From NCBI GenBank assembly GCA_030019255.1, contig JASEFK010000001.1, positions 184,367 to 248,366 on the forward strand: a DNA stretch of 64,000 nucleotides. Reading direction: 5' to 3'. How positions within the stretch are numbered: position 1 is the stretch's first letter; each line of letters opens with the position of its first letter. The notes beneath the pieces are model-generated. The model saw nothing but the letters and a program-made list of their open reading frames with translations. It ran no database searches and was not told where the DNA came from. The stretch comes from Actinomycetota bacterium (lineage in GTDB: Bacteria; Actinomycetota; Geothermincolia; Geothermincolales; RBG-13-55-18). Position numbers and translations under genes: made by a program. This document shows positions 47,365-56,708 of the stretch, piece after piece.

Positions 47365-48912
47365 ATGGCTGACCAGTATGACGTCATCGTGGTGGGCGCC
47401 GGGGTGAGCGGACTGACCGCGGCGTGCCTCCTCTCCAAGCAGGGCCTGCGCGTGGCGGTCCTAGAGCGCCTGGAAAGGCTTGGGGGTTGCTGCTCCAACT
47501 ACGACGTGAACGGCTTCCGGCCCGAGGTGGGGGCCATCTTCGTCATTGGGCACGAGTTCTATTACAAGCTCTTCGAGCTCCTGGACCTGCGCCTGGAGGA
47601 CTACCTGGATTGGAAGGTCATCGACCCCGTCTACTACGTGTATTTCGAGGACGGCAGCGCCTATCCCCTCCCCCGAGACATCGACGCCATGGCCGAGGTG
47701 GTGCGGAGCATATCCCCGAGCGACGTGGACGGCTATTACCGTTACTGCCGGGACATGGGCAAGCTGTTCGACGCCTACCTGTCCTTTCTCCGCCGCCCCT
47801 TGCCGGCGCTCCAAGAGCTGACAAAGATTACCAGCCTGGCGCGCCTGGCCGCCAACCGGGAGATCGTCTACGCCCTCCCCGTGAACCTCAAGCTCCTTTT
47901 CCGGAATATGGACAGGTGCGTGCGCAGCTATTTCCGCCATCCGCGCCTCCAGCTCATGTTCGGGTGGGAGAACCTCTACGCCGGGCTCCCCGCCCACCGC
48001 TGCACTGGCCTCTTCACCATGATGGCCCACATGGGGCGCATGGGTTATTACTACCCGCGGGGGGGCATGATAGCCATCCCCACGGCGCTGGCCCGCATCG
48101 CTGAGGGGTTCGGAGCCGACATCCGTCTGGGCGCCGAGGTGGACAGACTGATCGTGAAGGGCGGGGAGGCACGTGGGGTAAGGCTGGTCGACGGAACCGC
48201 CCTGACCTCCCGAGCGGTTATCTCCACCGCCCACTCGAGGATCACCTACCTGAAACTGGTGGGGGAGGAGAACCTTCCTTCCTGGGCGGTGCGAACCGTG
48301 CGCAGACAGCCGTGCTCCATCCCCGCCCCCCTCATCCACATGGGGCTCTCCCGGAAGCTCGAGGGCATCGGAGCCCACATGTCCCTGGTGGCCAACCCCA
48401 GGGAGCAGGTGGACAACATCTGGGTGGATTACTACGACCGGGGCCTCCTCTACCGCCCCGCGGACGGCGCCTACCTCCTGGTGTGCCCCACCTTCGACGA
48501 TCCCGGCCTGGCCCCGGAGGGAAAGGACGTCCTTTCCGTCTTCTACATCGCGCCCTACCGCCTGCGTTACCACGACTGGGACCGCATAGCCGGGGAGTGG
48601 GCCTGGGAGGTAGTGCGTTTCTTGGACGGCAGGTGCCTGCCGGGCCTGGCGGACGCGGTGGAATGGCTGGATTCCGTCCCCCCCACGGAGCTGGAGAGGC
48701 GGCTGAACGTGGCGGAAGGCGCCTTTTTCGGCATCGAGATGAGCCTGACCAACCTGGGGCCCTTCCGGCCCAATTACCGTTCCCGCCTGATCCCGCGCCT
48801 CTACCTGGCCGGCCAGTGCACCAATCCCGGCCTGGGGGTGCCTGGGGCCATGATCTCCGGGGTGGCCGACGCGGCCATCGTCCTCAACGATTGGGACCGG
48901 CGGTTGCGTTGA
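47365..48912 (+). CDS. Phytoene desaturase-family (CrtI-like) FAD-dependent oxidoreductase
   Basis: About 515 aa. N-terminal DVIVVGAGVSGLTAA dinucleotide-binding motif and CrtI-family pattern. Alternative GTG start at 47356. Confidence 0.75.
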   Translation: MADQYDVIVVGAGVSGLTAACLLSKQGLRVAVLERLERLGGCCSNYDVNGFRPEVGAIFVIGHEFYYKLFELLDLRLEDYLDWKVIDPVYYVYFEDGSAYPLPRDIDAMAEVVRSISPSDVDGYYRYCRDMGKLFDAYLSFLRRPLPALQELTKITSLARLAANREIVYALPVNLKLLFRNMDRCVRSYFRHPRLQLMFGWENLYAGLPAHRCTGLFTMMAHMGRMGYYYPRGGMIAIPTALARIAEGFGADIRLGAEVDRLIVKGGEARGVRLVDGTALTSRAVISTAHSRITYLKLVGEENLPSWAVRTVRRQPCSIPAPLIHMGLSRKLEGIGAHMSLVANPREQVDNIWVDYYDRGLLYRPADGAYLLVCPTFDDPGLAPEGKDVLSVFYIAPYRLRYHDWDRIAGEWAWEVVRFLDGRCLPGLADAVEWLDSVPPTELERRLNVAEGAFFGIEMSLTNLGPFRPNYRSRLIPRLYLAGQCTNPGLGVPGAMISGVADAAIVLNDWDRRLR

Positions 48913-48984
48913 AGGCCCGGTGCGGGAAACGGCGGTGTGGGGGGTTCGGTTGACTTGAGCGGCGCGTATGGATAAAGTAATGAC

Positions 48985-49650
48985 ATGTCAGTTCCAAAGA
49001 AGAGGATGAAGGCTCCAGAACGCCGCGAGCACATCCTACGCAGCGCCGCCAAGGTGTTCTCACGAAAGGGGTACCGCCTCTCCTCGGTCTCGGACATCGT
49101 GGAGGAGTCCTCCATCGGCCGGGGGACCTTCTATCTCTATTTCGAATCCAAGCGGGACATATTCAGGGAGCTCATCGAAGCCTACTTCCAGGGATACGCG
49201 GAGGTGTTGGAGGAGAACCACCGTCGGCTCGTCGAGGCCCTCTCCGGAAAGGGGAAGGTCTTGCGCACCTGGAGGGACAACATGGCCCGGGTTCTGCGCT
49301 ACCACAGCGAGAACCCCGACCTCACCAGCATCGTCTACCGGGAAGCGCTGGGCAAGGACGAGGATTTCTCGGACCGCGTGGAGGAACTCTCCATCCTGGC
49401 CAGGCAGAGGCTCCGGGAGGAGTTCCAGCTCATGTACCGGAAGGGTATGATGCGGGAATGCGACGTCGAAGTGGTGACTTCCATAGTCATGGGCTCCACC
49501 GTCTACTTGATCATGGAGCACCTCCTCAAGGGCAACGGGATGGACGTTGATGAACTGGCGGACACCATCGTGGAGTATCACATAAGGGCCCTCATACCGG
49601 CGGAAGGGGACGTGGGGCGCGCCCTGCGCAGCGCCCTGGGGTCTCCCTGA
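48985..49650 (+). CDS. TetR/AcrR family transcriptional regulator
   Basis: 221 aa. N-terminal HTH ILRSAAKVFSRKGYRLSSVSDIVEESSIGRGTFYLYF. Confidence 0.85.
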   Translation: MSVPKKRMKAPERREHILRSAAKVFSRKGYRLSSVSDIVEESSIGRGTFYLYFESKRDIFRELIEAYFQGYAEVLEENHRRLVEALSGKGKVLRTWRDNMARVLRYHSENPDLTSIVYREALGKDEDFSDRVEELSILARQRLREEFQLMYRKGMMRECDVEVVTSIVMGSTVYLIMEHLLKGNGMDVDELADTIVEYHIRALIPAEGDVGRALRSALGSP

Positions 49651-49838
49651 GGCCCTGCCGGAAGAAGGCGTTTTACGGTAAGGTCAAGGGAAAGGTCTGG
49701 GTGTTTCTCCGAGAGGAGGTGGGTAAAGGGAAGGGACGGAGAAGGATGCGGAACCGGGAAAGGGAGACGGTCAAGGAGTGTCCACCGCTCTCCCGCCTCC
49801 GAACCGAGACAGTCTTGGCAGCCGGAAAGAAGTAAGGG

Positions 49839-50957
49839 GTGAAGCGTATGGTTTCGTTCGAGTTGGACGACGAACAGAAATTGGTCCAGGAAACCGTATC
49901 CTCCTTCGCCGCCGACCTCATGGAGCCAGCCATGCGGGAAAGCGACGAGTCGGGGGAGATACCCCAGGAGGTTATCGCCAAGGGATGGGAACTGGGCCTT
50001 CTGGGAGGATGCATCCCCGAAGAATATGAGGGATTCGGGGAGGAGCTTTCCGCCCTGACCGGGGTCATCGCCCTGGAGGAGCTGGGATGGGGCGACCTGT
50101 CCATGGCCATGCATCTCATGGCCCCCTCCATGCTGGTCATCTCCGTGCTGGACCAGGGGACCGAGGCGCAGAAGAAGCAGTACCTTCCGGCCTTCTGCGG
50201 GGAGGAGTACAAGGCGGCCGCCAGCGCGCTGGTGGAGCCTTACTACAACTTCTGCCCCTCGGCCATGCGGGCGGTGGCGGAGAGGGACGGTGACGAGTAC
50301 GTCATCAACGGTAAGAAGTGTCTGGTCCCCCTGGCCAAGGAATCGGACCACATGCTGGTCTTCGCTGCCACCAATCCCGGGATGGGCTTTTCCGGTGTGG
50401 ATGGCTTCATCGTCCCCGTGGGGACCAAGGGGGTGGAGATCGGCGACCGGGAGAAGAACATGGGGATCAAGGCCCTGGCCACCTACCCGGTGAACTTCAA
50501 GGACTGCCGGGTGCCCTTGGTCTGCCGGCTGGGCGAGGAGGAGGGCTGCGATTTCCTCCGCCTTCTATCCCGCTCCCGCCTGGCCCTGGCCGCCCTGGCG
50601 GTGGGGATGAGCCGCCGGGCCCTGGAGCACTCCCGGGACTACGCCACCCAGCGCATCGCCTTCGGGGAGCCCATCGGTTCCCGCCAGGCCATCGCCTTCA
50701 TGATCGCCGAGATGGCCATCGAGGTGGACGCCACGCGCCTCCTGGTCTGGGAGGCCGCCTGGCGCTGCGATAAGGGCATGGACTTCGAGAAGGAAGCCGC
50801 CCTGGCCAAGAATTACGCGGCGGACATGGCCATGATGGTGTGCGACCGCGGGGTGCAGATCATGGGCGGGCACGGCTACATCCGGGACAATCCCGTGGAG
50901 CTGTGGTTCCGCAACGCGCGCGGTTTCGCCACCTTCGAGGGCATGGTCATGGTATAA
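49839..50957 (+). CDS. Acyl-CoA dehydrogenase family protein
   Basis: 372 aa. ACAD N/M/C domain pattern (FGEPIGSRQAIAFMIAEMA, YIRDNPVELWFRNAR). Confidence 0.85.
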   Translation: MKRMVSFELDDEQKLVQETVSSFAADLMEPAMRESDESGEIPQEVIAKGWELGLLGGCIPEEYEGFGEELSALTGVIALEELGWGDLSMAMHLMAPSMLVISVLDQGTEAQKKQYLPAFCGEEYKAAASALVEPYYNFCPSAMRAVAERDGDEYVINGKKCLVPLAKESDHMLVFAATNPGMGFSGVDGFIVPVGTKGVEIGDREKNMGIKALATYPVNFKDCRVPLVCRLGEEEGCDFLRLLSRSRLALAALAVGMSRRALEHSRDYATQRIAFGEPIGSRQAIAFMIAEMAIEVDATRLLVWEAAWRCDKGMDFEKEAALAKNYAADMAMMVCDRGVQIMGGHGYIRDNPVELWFRNARGFATFEGMVMV

Positions 50958-50961
50958 GGAG

Positions 50962-52227
50962 GTGGGCAAGATGACCATAGATTTCGAGCTTTCGCCGCGC
51001 ATCAAGGCCACCAAGAACATGATCCACATGTTCGCCGAGTCGGCTATCCGACCCATCGCCCGCTATTACGACGAAAACGAGCACGAGAAACCCTGGGACC
51101 TCCTGAACATGGTCCAGAAGTTCATGGGCGGGGGCATGGCCGGCGCCTTCGGCGCGGGAGGCGAGGAGAAGAAGGCCGAGGGCGAGGAAGCCAAGGAGAA
51201 GAAGCCCCGGGAGACCAACCTGGCGGGAGCGGTGACCATCGAGGAGATCTTCTGGGGTGACGCAGGTATAGCCCTCTCCTTCCCCGGCCCGGGACTGGGA
51301 GGGGCCGCGGTGCAGGCCAGTGGCACCCCGGAGCAGAAGGAGAAGTTCCTGGCCCGCTTCCGGGGCGACAAGCCGGTGTGGGGAGCCATGGCCATCACCG
51401 AGCCGGAGGCCGGTTCGGATACCGCCAACATCAAGACCACCGCGGTCCTGGATGGGGACGAGTGGGTGCTCAACGGGGAGAAGATCTTCGTCACCTCGGG
51501 AAAGAGCGCCCTGGAGGACTCGGAGGGCTTCGTGGTGGTCTGGGCCACCGTGGACCGTTCGGCGGGAAGGGCGGGCATCAAGCCCTTCATCGTGGAGCAC
51601 GGCACCCCGGGCATGCAGATCACCAAGATCGAGGACAAGCTGGGCATCCGTTGCTCGGACACCGTGTCCATCTCCTTCATGGACTGCCGCATCCCCAAGG
51701 AGAACATCCTGGGCAGTCCGGAGGTGGTGGACAAGACCAAGACCGAGGGCTTCAAGAAGGTCATGGCCACCTTTGACGCCACCCGTCCCCTGGTGGCGGC
51801 CATGGCCATCGGCGTGGGCCGCGCCGCCCTGGACTTCATCAAGGAGACCCTCAAGGAGGAAGGGGTGGAGCTGCGCTACGGTATCAACCCCCACCGCATG
51901 ACCTCCCTGGAGAGGGACATCATGCAGATGGAGGCCGACCTGAAGGCGGCCCGCCTGCTCACCTGGAGGGCGGTCTGGATGCTGGACAACGGCCTGCGCA
52001 ACGACCTGCAGGCCTCCATGGCCAAGGCCAAGGCGGGCCTCGCGGTCACCCGCATCACCCAGAAGGCGGTGGAGCTCATGGGGCCCCTCGGGTATTCCCG
52101 CGAGTACCTCCTGGAGAAGTGGATGCGCGACTCCAAGATCAACGACATCTTCGAGGGCACCGGCCAGATACAGCTTCTGGTCACCGCCCGGCGCATCCTG
52201 GGCTTCACCCGCGAGCAGCTCAAGTAG
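50962..52227 (+). CDS. Acyl-CoA dehydrogenase family protein (with Lys/Glu-rich insertion)
   Basis: 421 aa. ACAD pattern (GAMAITEPEAGSD, YSREYLLEKWMRDSKINDIFEGTGQIQ). Confidence 0.85.
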   Translation: MGKMTIDFELSPRIKATKNMIHMFAESAIRPIARYYDENEHEKPWDLLNMVQKFMGGGMAGAFGAGGEEKKAEGEEAKEKKPRETNLAGAVTIEEIFWGDAGIALSFPGPGLGGAAVQASGTPEQKEKFLARFRGDKPVWGAMAITEPEAGSDTANIKTTAVLDGDEWVLNGEKIFVTSGKSALEDSEGFVVVWATVDRSAGRAGIKPFIVEHGTPGMQITKIEDKLGIRCSDTVSISFMDCRIPKENILGSPEVVDKTKTEGFKKVMATFDATRPLVAAMAIGVGRAALDFIKETLKEEGVELRYGINPHRMTSLERDIMQMEADLKAARLLTWRAVWMLDNGLRNDLQASMAKAKAGLAVTRITQKAVELMGPLGYSREYLLEKWMRDSKINDIFEGTGQIQLLVTARRILGFTREQLK

Positions 52228-52245
52228 GCTCGGGAGGACACGTAC

Positions 52246-52274
52246 GGGGGAGGGGGCGTTTCGCCCCCTCCCTC
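52246..52274 (+). terminator. Hairpin terminator after the second ACAD gene
   Basis: Perfect inverted repeat GGGGGAGGGGGCG-TTT-CGCCCCCTCCCTC. The trailing T-tract is weak. Confidence 0.5.
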
Positions 52275-52816
52275 TTACCCTCTTATATCCACCGGTGGGA
52301 CCGGCACGGGTTGCGCGGTGTCTCATAACGGCGCTTAGGCCAACGGTCGCGGATATCCGCTCGCGAAGTACATGGACGGGATAGAGGAAATGGCGACTCG
52401 CCACTCATCTCCTTTTCGATTCCGTGATCGGGGGCGAAGGTACGCCGTATGCTTGGTTATGGATTTCGCTTTCCATCTACGGTTAGGCCGTTCGCAGCCG
52501 ATGAACCCAGGGTTCTTCTACCCGCCTCCCCTTTAGTCTCAAGTCTTCAGAACACCTTGACTCAAGTAATAGAACCGAGGTTACTCCTTTCTCCTGACTT
52601 TCCCTTTCGTTTCAAGTCCTTGGTGCCGCCCGACGATGCATTATGGGGACGTGTTAGAATGGTGACGAGGTAGAGATTCGTAAATCCGAAGAGACGGTTT
52701 CATGGTAAGCGGGGCGTTTGGCGGCCTGACCGCCGATGTCCGGAAAGCCGGCATCATGTAAGATGCTGCCGGCGGAAGGGCCTCTCCGGCGCCCGGGAAA
52801 GGCGGAAGTTCGAGGC

Positions 52817-53977
52817 ATGGACCATACGCAAAGCCCGCCCGGGTGGAAGGAAGAGCTTGACCCGGCCGGAGGGGGATACCGGCCCGGAAGGAGGGTGGTG
52901 CGCGCCCGCGGCCTTTCCCTGATGCACCCCTTCCTGCGCCTCTGCCCGGACTGCGGCGTGCCCCTTTCCATATCCCGTAACCATTCCTGGAAGGAGGACG
53001 GCCGCATCCTGAGCCCCGACTCTGCCCAGAGGCTGGTGATCATGGAAAGGCGGGTGGTGGAAGGCATATTGCGCCGGGCGGCGGAGATGTTCGGCGAGGA
53101 AGCCTCAAGGATTCTCACCCGGTGCAAAGCTATGGACGCCTTCCTCTACGTGCGTTCCATCATGACCGGATGGAAAAGGATGGCGGCAAAGGCACCCTTC
53201 GGTGGAAGGCACTTCTACGACCTCCTGTGCGACCAGGCTCGCATACTGGGGATGGCGGATGCCCGGGTGATCTCCTACCGGAAGCGCCGTGAGCTCTTGG
53301 TAGGTTGTACCCAGTGTTACAGCGAGGCCTTTTTCGCGGGAGACGTGCTGGGAGCGGTGCAGGCGGGGGAGGGAAGGGAGGCCGAGGTGACCTTTTGGGA
53401 GGAGAAGGGGGAGAAGAGGTTCGGGGTTACCATCGGGGGGAGGGAAGTTCCCACGCCCGTCCTGCCCACGTTCGAGGAGGATCCCCTGCCGGGTAACATC
53501 GTCTACCGGAGGTGTGAGCGCTGCCGGGCCCCCTTCCCGGTGAGCTTCTTCGCCTGGGACACCGCCCGGGGGCTGGTACTGGATACCCACAACGGGGAGA
53601 CGGTGGCCATGCTGGACACGGCGGGGATGAATGCCGCTTACCTGGAGATAAAGCGGACCCGCCTCCCGGAGCTCGACGAGCTTCTGGCGCGGGAGATAAA
53701 GGAGATGGTGGACCGGGTTCTCCCCCGCCTGGAGTGGAAGAGGCGCGGTCCCGAGGAACGGGTGCGCGACCTCTTCTTTCTGGCCTACCGGGGTATGGGA
53801 AACCCGATTTTCACCCGGGGTTCGGGAAAGTTCCTGGAGGCCCGGGTGGAAAACCCCTTCAACCACCCCATCGTGGCCGGGATCACCGCCTCCTTCCTCT
53901 CCCGCGGCGAGCCCGTCTCCTGGGAATGGGAGAGGAAGGAAAGGGCGGCCCTGGAAGTGCGCGTGAGTTTCCTCTGA
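52817..53977 (+). CDS. Zinc-ribbon / V4R-like domain protein with internal duplication (paralog B)
   Basis: Start uncertain (ATG 52817 or 52922). CPDCGVP and CERCRAP Cys pairs. V4R-like segments (CYSEAFFAGDVLGAVQAGEG...). Same architecture and length as 30873-31931. Ends ...LEVRVSFL versus ...LEVRVSPA. Confidence 0.5.
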   Translation: MDHTQSPPGWKEELDPAGGGYRPGRRVVRARGLSLMHPFLRLCPDCGVPLSISRNHSWKEDGRILSPDSAQRLVIMERRVVEGILRRAAEMFGEEASRILTRCKAMDAFLYVRSIMTGWKRMAAKAPFGGRHFYDLLCDQARILGMADARVISYRKRRELLVGCTQCYSEAFFAGDVLGAVQAGEGREAEVTFWEEKGEKRFGVTIGGREVPTPVLPTFEEDPLPGNIVYRRCERCRAPFPVSFFAWDTARGLVLDTHNGETVAMLDTAGMNAAYLEIKRTRLPELDELLAREIKEMVDRVLPRLEWKRRGPEERVRDLFFLAYRGMGNPIFTRGSGKFLEARVENPFNHPIVAGITASFLSRGEPVSWEWERKERAALEVRVSFL

Positions 53978-54215
53978 TTCCGCGCGGAGCAAGGTGAACC
54001 CGTGGCCGTCGCACCTTGGGCGAAGACCCCGTCAACCCCTGGTACTACCCTTGGCGTCAATTCACCGGGGATGGAGAAGTTTGGATAGGTCTCCGCGCGT
54101 ACCGTGCGCCAGGGTAAGGACGTTCTTTACCCCTTTTACCACCGCGTTTCGAAAGCCTTCGCCGCCGCGGAAGGGAGACCTGCGACCGTGGCTTTACGGT
54201 TTGCGGGAGGGCGGA

Positions 54216-54617
54216 TCACGTTTCCGCCCCTCCGTTCTTGCCCCGTGGCAGGAGGTCGCCCCACTCCTCCTCCAGGCGTCCCAGGATCTCCCGCACTTCG
54301 CCCCGGATCTCGGACTTGCGCGCCTCCTCGCGCTGCCTCCGCCGCGTCTTGAAGTCCGGATCATGAAAGACGCGGTGGATGAGATCCCGGGCCTCGGGGC
54401 CGCTGAATTCGGGGAGCAGGAAGAGGGCCTGGCGGTCCTCTCCGTCCTCGCGGTTCCATTTCTCCACCGCGATGCCGTAATAACGGCAGAGGATGTTCTT
54501 GGCCTTGATGACCTCGAAGTCGTCCACCCCGAACTCGTAGCCGATGTCTTCGTCGTAGAGGTGGCCCCTCTCGAGGAGCAGGTAGGCAATCCTTTCCGCC
54601 AGCTCGCGAGCGTCCAT
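54216..54617 (-). CDS. Hypothetical protein
   Basis: 133-aa ORF on the same strand as the upstream operon. No recognisable family. Lower GC. Confidence 0.3.
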   Translation of the reverse strand: MDARELAERIAYLLLERGHLYDEDIGYEFGVDDFEVIKAKNILCRYYGIAVEKWNREDGEDRQALFLLPEFSGPEARDLIHRVFHDPDFKTRRRQREEARKSEIRGEVREILGRLEEEWGDLLPRGKNGGAET

Positions 54618-54910
54618 GGCTCCATCGACCCCGATTCAAACGAAAAGCTCTGGGCGGTATCTTTTATCGGAAGCGGGAACGAGAAATTTAACCCCTCGAG
54701 AGAACGAGGTCAGCCGATGGCCTTTCATGATCAAGAATCCGCCTGTCAAGGTCCTCCCTGATGGATGTGCATTCAAAAAACGAGGGGCCGGAGTTACCAC
54801 GGAGGGCAGCTTCTCGTGCCATCGTTTTATCGTTGACAGGGAGATGAAATTCATCCTCGCGGAAAGCACCCAAGGGGAAGGCCATTCCGGCTGTCCCACG
54901 GCCGAAGATG

Positions 54911-55315
54911 TCAATGACGCTGCGAAGAGAGGTTGGTGATATAGGAACGGCTGCCGGTCTCGTTGCGCAGGAACTCGTCGAACTCCTCCTCGGAGACCTT
55001 TACCCCGGAGTGGAGGAAGAGGGTGTAGAGGTAATAGCTCATGTAGGACCATTCCCGGCGGAGCTCCTCGGCTATCCTCTCCCGCTTGCTCTTCACGGGG
55101 ATGAGTCTCTCTCCCTCGTATTCCAGCTCGTTGAGCTTCCTGCGCAGGTCCCGGCAGGTCCGTATGGCGTCCCGGGTCTCGTACTCGAGATCCGTCTTGC
55201 TCATGTTATTGATGTTGCGAATCCAGGGGGGGATGGCGTCGGATGGCGTGCCGTGCTTGTACAGGTTGTAGTATCGCGCCAACTTCTTCAGGACCTCCTC
55301 CGGCACTTCCTCCAT
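54911..55315 (-). CDS. Hypothetical protein (co-transcribed with HCS-like gene, 10-nt gap)
   Basis: 134-aa ORF. Lower GC. No recognisable family. Confidence 0.35.
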   Translation of the reverse strand: MEEVPEEVLKKLARYYNLYKHGTPSDAIPPWIRNINNMSKTDLEYETRDAIRTCRDLRRKLNELEYEGERLIPVKSKRERIAEELRREWSYMSYYLYTLFLHSGVKVSEEEFDEFLRNETGSRSYITNLSSQRH

Positions 55316-55325
55316 TTCCGCCCTC

Positions 55326-56708
55326 CTAAGCCCTGCTCTTCAAGGTGATGTGGGACAGGTCCAGGGTGAGTATCTTGCGGGCCAGGTCCGGGTAGCGGGC
55401 GATGAAGAGGAGCTCGTCCTCCACCAGCGGCTTCTGGGTGGTGACGTTGGCGTAGCGTACCAGCTCCAGTATGTCGCGGGCTTCCTCCTCGGACTGGAAC
55501 TCCACCTCCAGCTTCTCGTAGACGTTGCGGAACCCCTTGATGCCGGAATATTCACCCAGGGTGATGTTGCGTCCCGTCTCGATGATCTCCGGTTCGCCCC
55601 GACCCAGCTCCTCGTAGTCGTAGAGCTCGTAGTTGCGCCGGCTCTTCAGGGCGCCGTCGGCGTGTATGCCAGATTCGTGGGCGAAGGCGTTGTCGCCCAC
55701 CCCGGGCTGGTTGATGGGGATGGGGACCCCGAAGGCATAGGAGGCGTATTTAGCCGTCTTCCAGGCGGCCATCAGGTTGACCGCGTCGTCCAGGACGTCC
55801 TCGCCGTCGAAGAGGGAGGACTTTTTGATGGCCAGGATGACCGACACCAGGTCCGCGTTGCCCGCTCGCTCCCCCATGCCATTTATAGTGGTGTTGATAT
55901 AGGCGTTTACCCCTCCATCCAGGGCGCCCTTGGCCCCGGCTACCGAGCAGGCCACGGCCATCCCCAGGTCATTGTGGCAGTGCAACTCGATGTCCATCCC
56001 CGTTTCCCGGGCCAGGAGGTTGATGCGCTCGTAGATGGTGAAGGGGTCGTTATAGCCCAGGGTGTCGCAGTAACGCAGGCGTGCCGCCCCGTGTTCCCTG
56101 GCCGCCAGGGTGAACTCCACGAGGTGCTCGTCGGAGGTGCGGGAGGCGTCCTCGGCGTTCACCCCCACGGACTGAAAACCGAGCTCGTGGGCGCAGTCCA
56201 GGGCCTCGGTCATCATGCGCACCACGTCCTTGAACTTGTAGCGGTCATTCCACTTGCCACGGATCATCTGCTCGGAGGTGGAGATGGAGATGTTGATGAA
56301 TTTCAGGTTGGGGACCAGCTCCCGGGCCAGCTCCACGTCTGAACTTATGGCCCGCACCCACCCGGAGAGGCGCGTGTGGTGGATGACCCCCATCTCCGCC
56401 AGCTCCAGGTTGGCCTGCAGGTAATTGGTCTCGTGGCGGGTGGTGGGAAATCCGAACTCGCTCTGCCAGATGCCCATCTCGTCCAGAAGAAGGTTGATGA
56501 TGGTCTTCTGGAGCTTGGCCAGTCCCAGGCGTGAGGTCTGAACGCCGTCGCGGTTGGTGACGTCGACTATGTATATGCGCTTGGAGCGGTCCTTGCTTCC
56601 GCCCTTGACGTTATCCGACAATTCCCTACCTCTCTTTACGGATATCAGTCTTTTACGGATATCAGTCGCTAACCGTCTCCTTTTCCCTGATCTCCTGGAC
56701 GGCATCAT
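55326..56708 (-). CDS. Homocitrate synthase / 2-isopropylmalate synthase / citramalate synthase family (HMGL-like)
   Basis: About 460 aa. DTLGYNDP, HCHNDLGMA and ESGIHADG motifs of the DRE-TIM aldolase family. Start ATG 56708 or TTG 56720, overlapping the aminotransferase 3' end. Confidence 0.75.
   Translation of the reverse strand: MMPSRRSGKRRRLATDIRKRLISVKRGRELSDNVKGGSKDRSKRIYIVDVTNRDGVQTSRLGLAKLQKTIINLLLDEMGIWQSEFGFPTTRHETNYLQANLELAEMGVIHHTRLSGWVRAISSDVELARELVPNLKFINISISTSEQMIRGKWNDRYKFKDVVRMMTEALDCAHELGFQSVGVNAEDASRTSDEHLVEFTLAAREHGAARLRYCDTLGYNDPFTIYERINLLARETGMDIELHCHNDLGMAVACSVAGAKGALDGGVNAYINTTINGMGERAGNADLVSVILAIKKSSLFDGEDVLDDAVNLMAAWKTAKYASYAFGVPIPINQPGVGDNAFAHESGIHADGALKSRRNYELYDYEELGRGEPEIIETGRNITLGEYSGIKGFRNVYEKLEVEFQSEEEARDILELVRYANVTTQKPLVEDELLFIARYPDLARKILTLDLSHITLKSRA

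Noticed and set aside
47461-48573. 370-aa minus-strand ORF
   Set aside because: Antisense to the CrtI-like oxidoreductase.
50947-52404. 485-aa minus-strand ORF
   Set aside because: Antisense to the second acyl-CoA dehydrogenase. Low-complexity His/Gly/Leu-rich translation.
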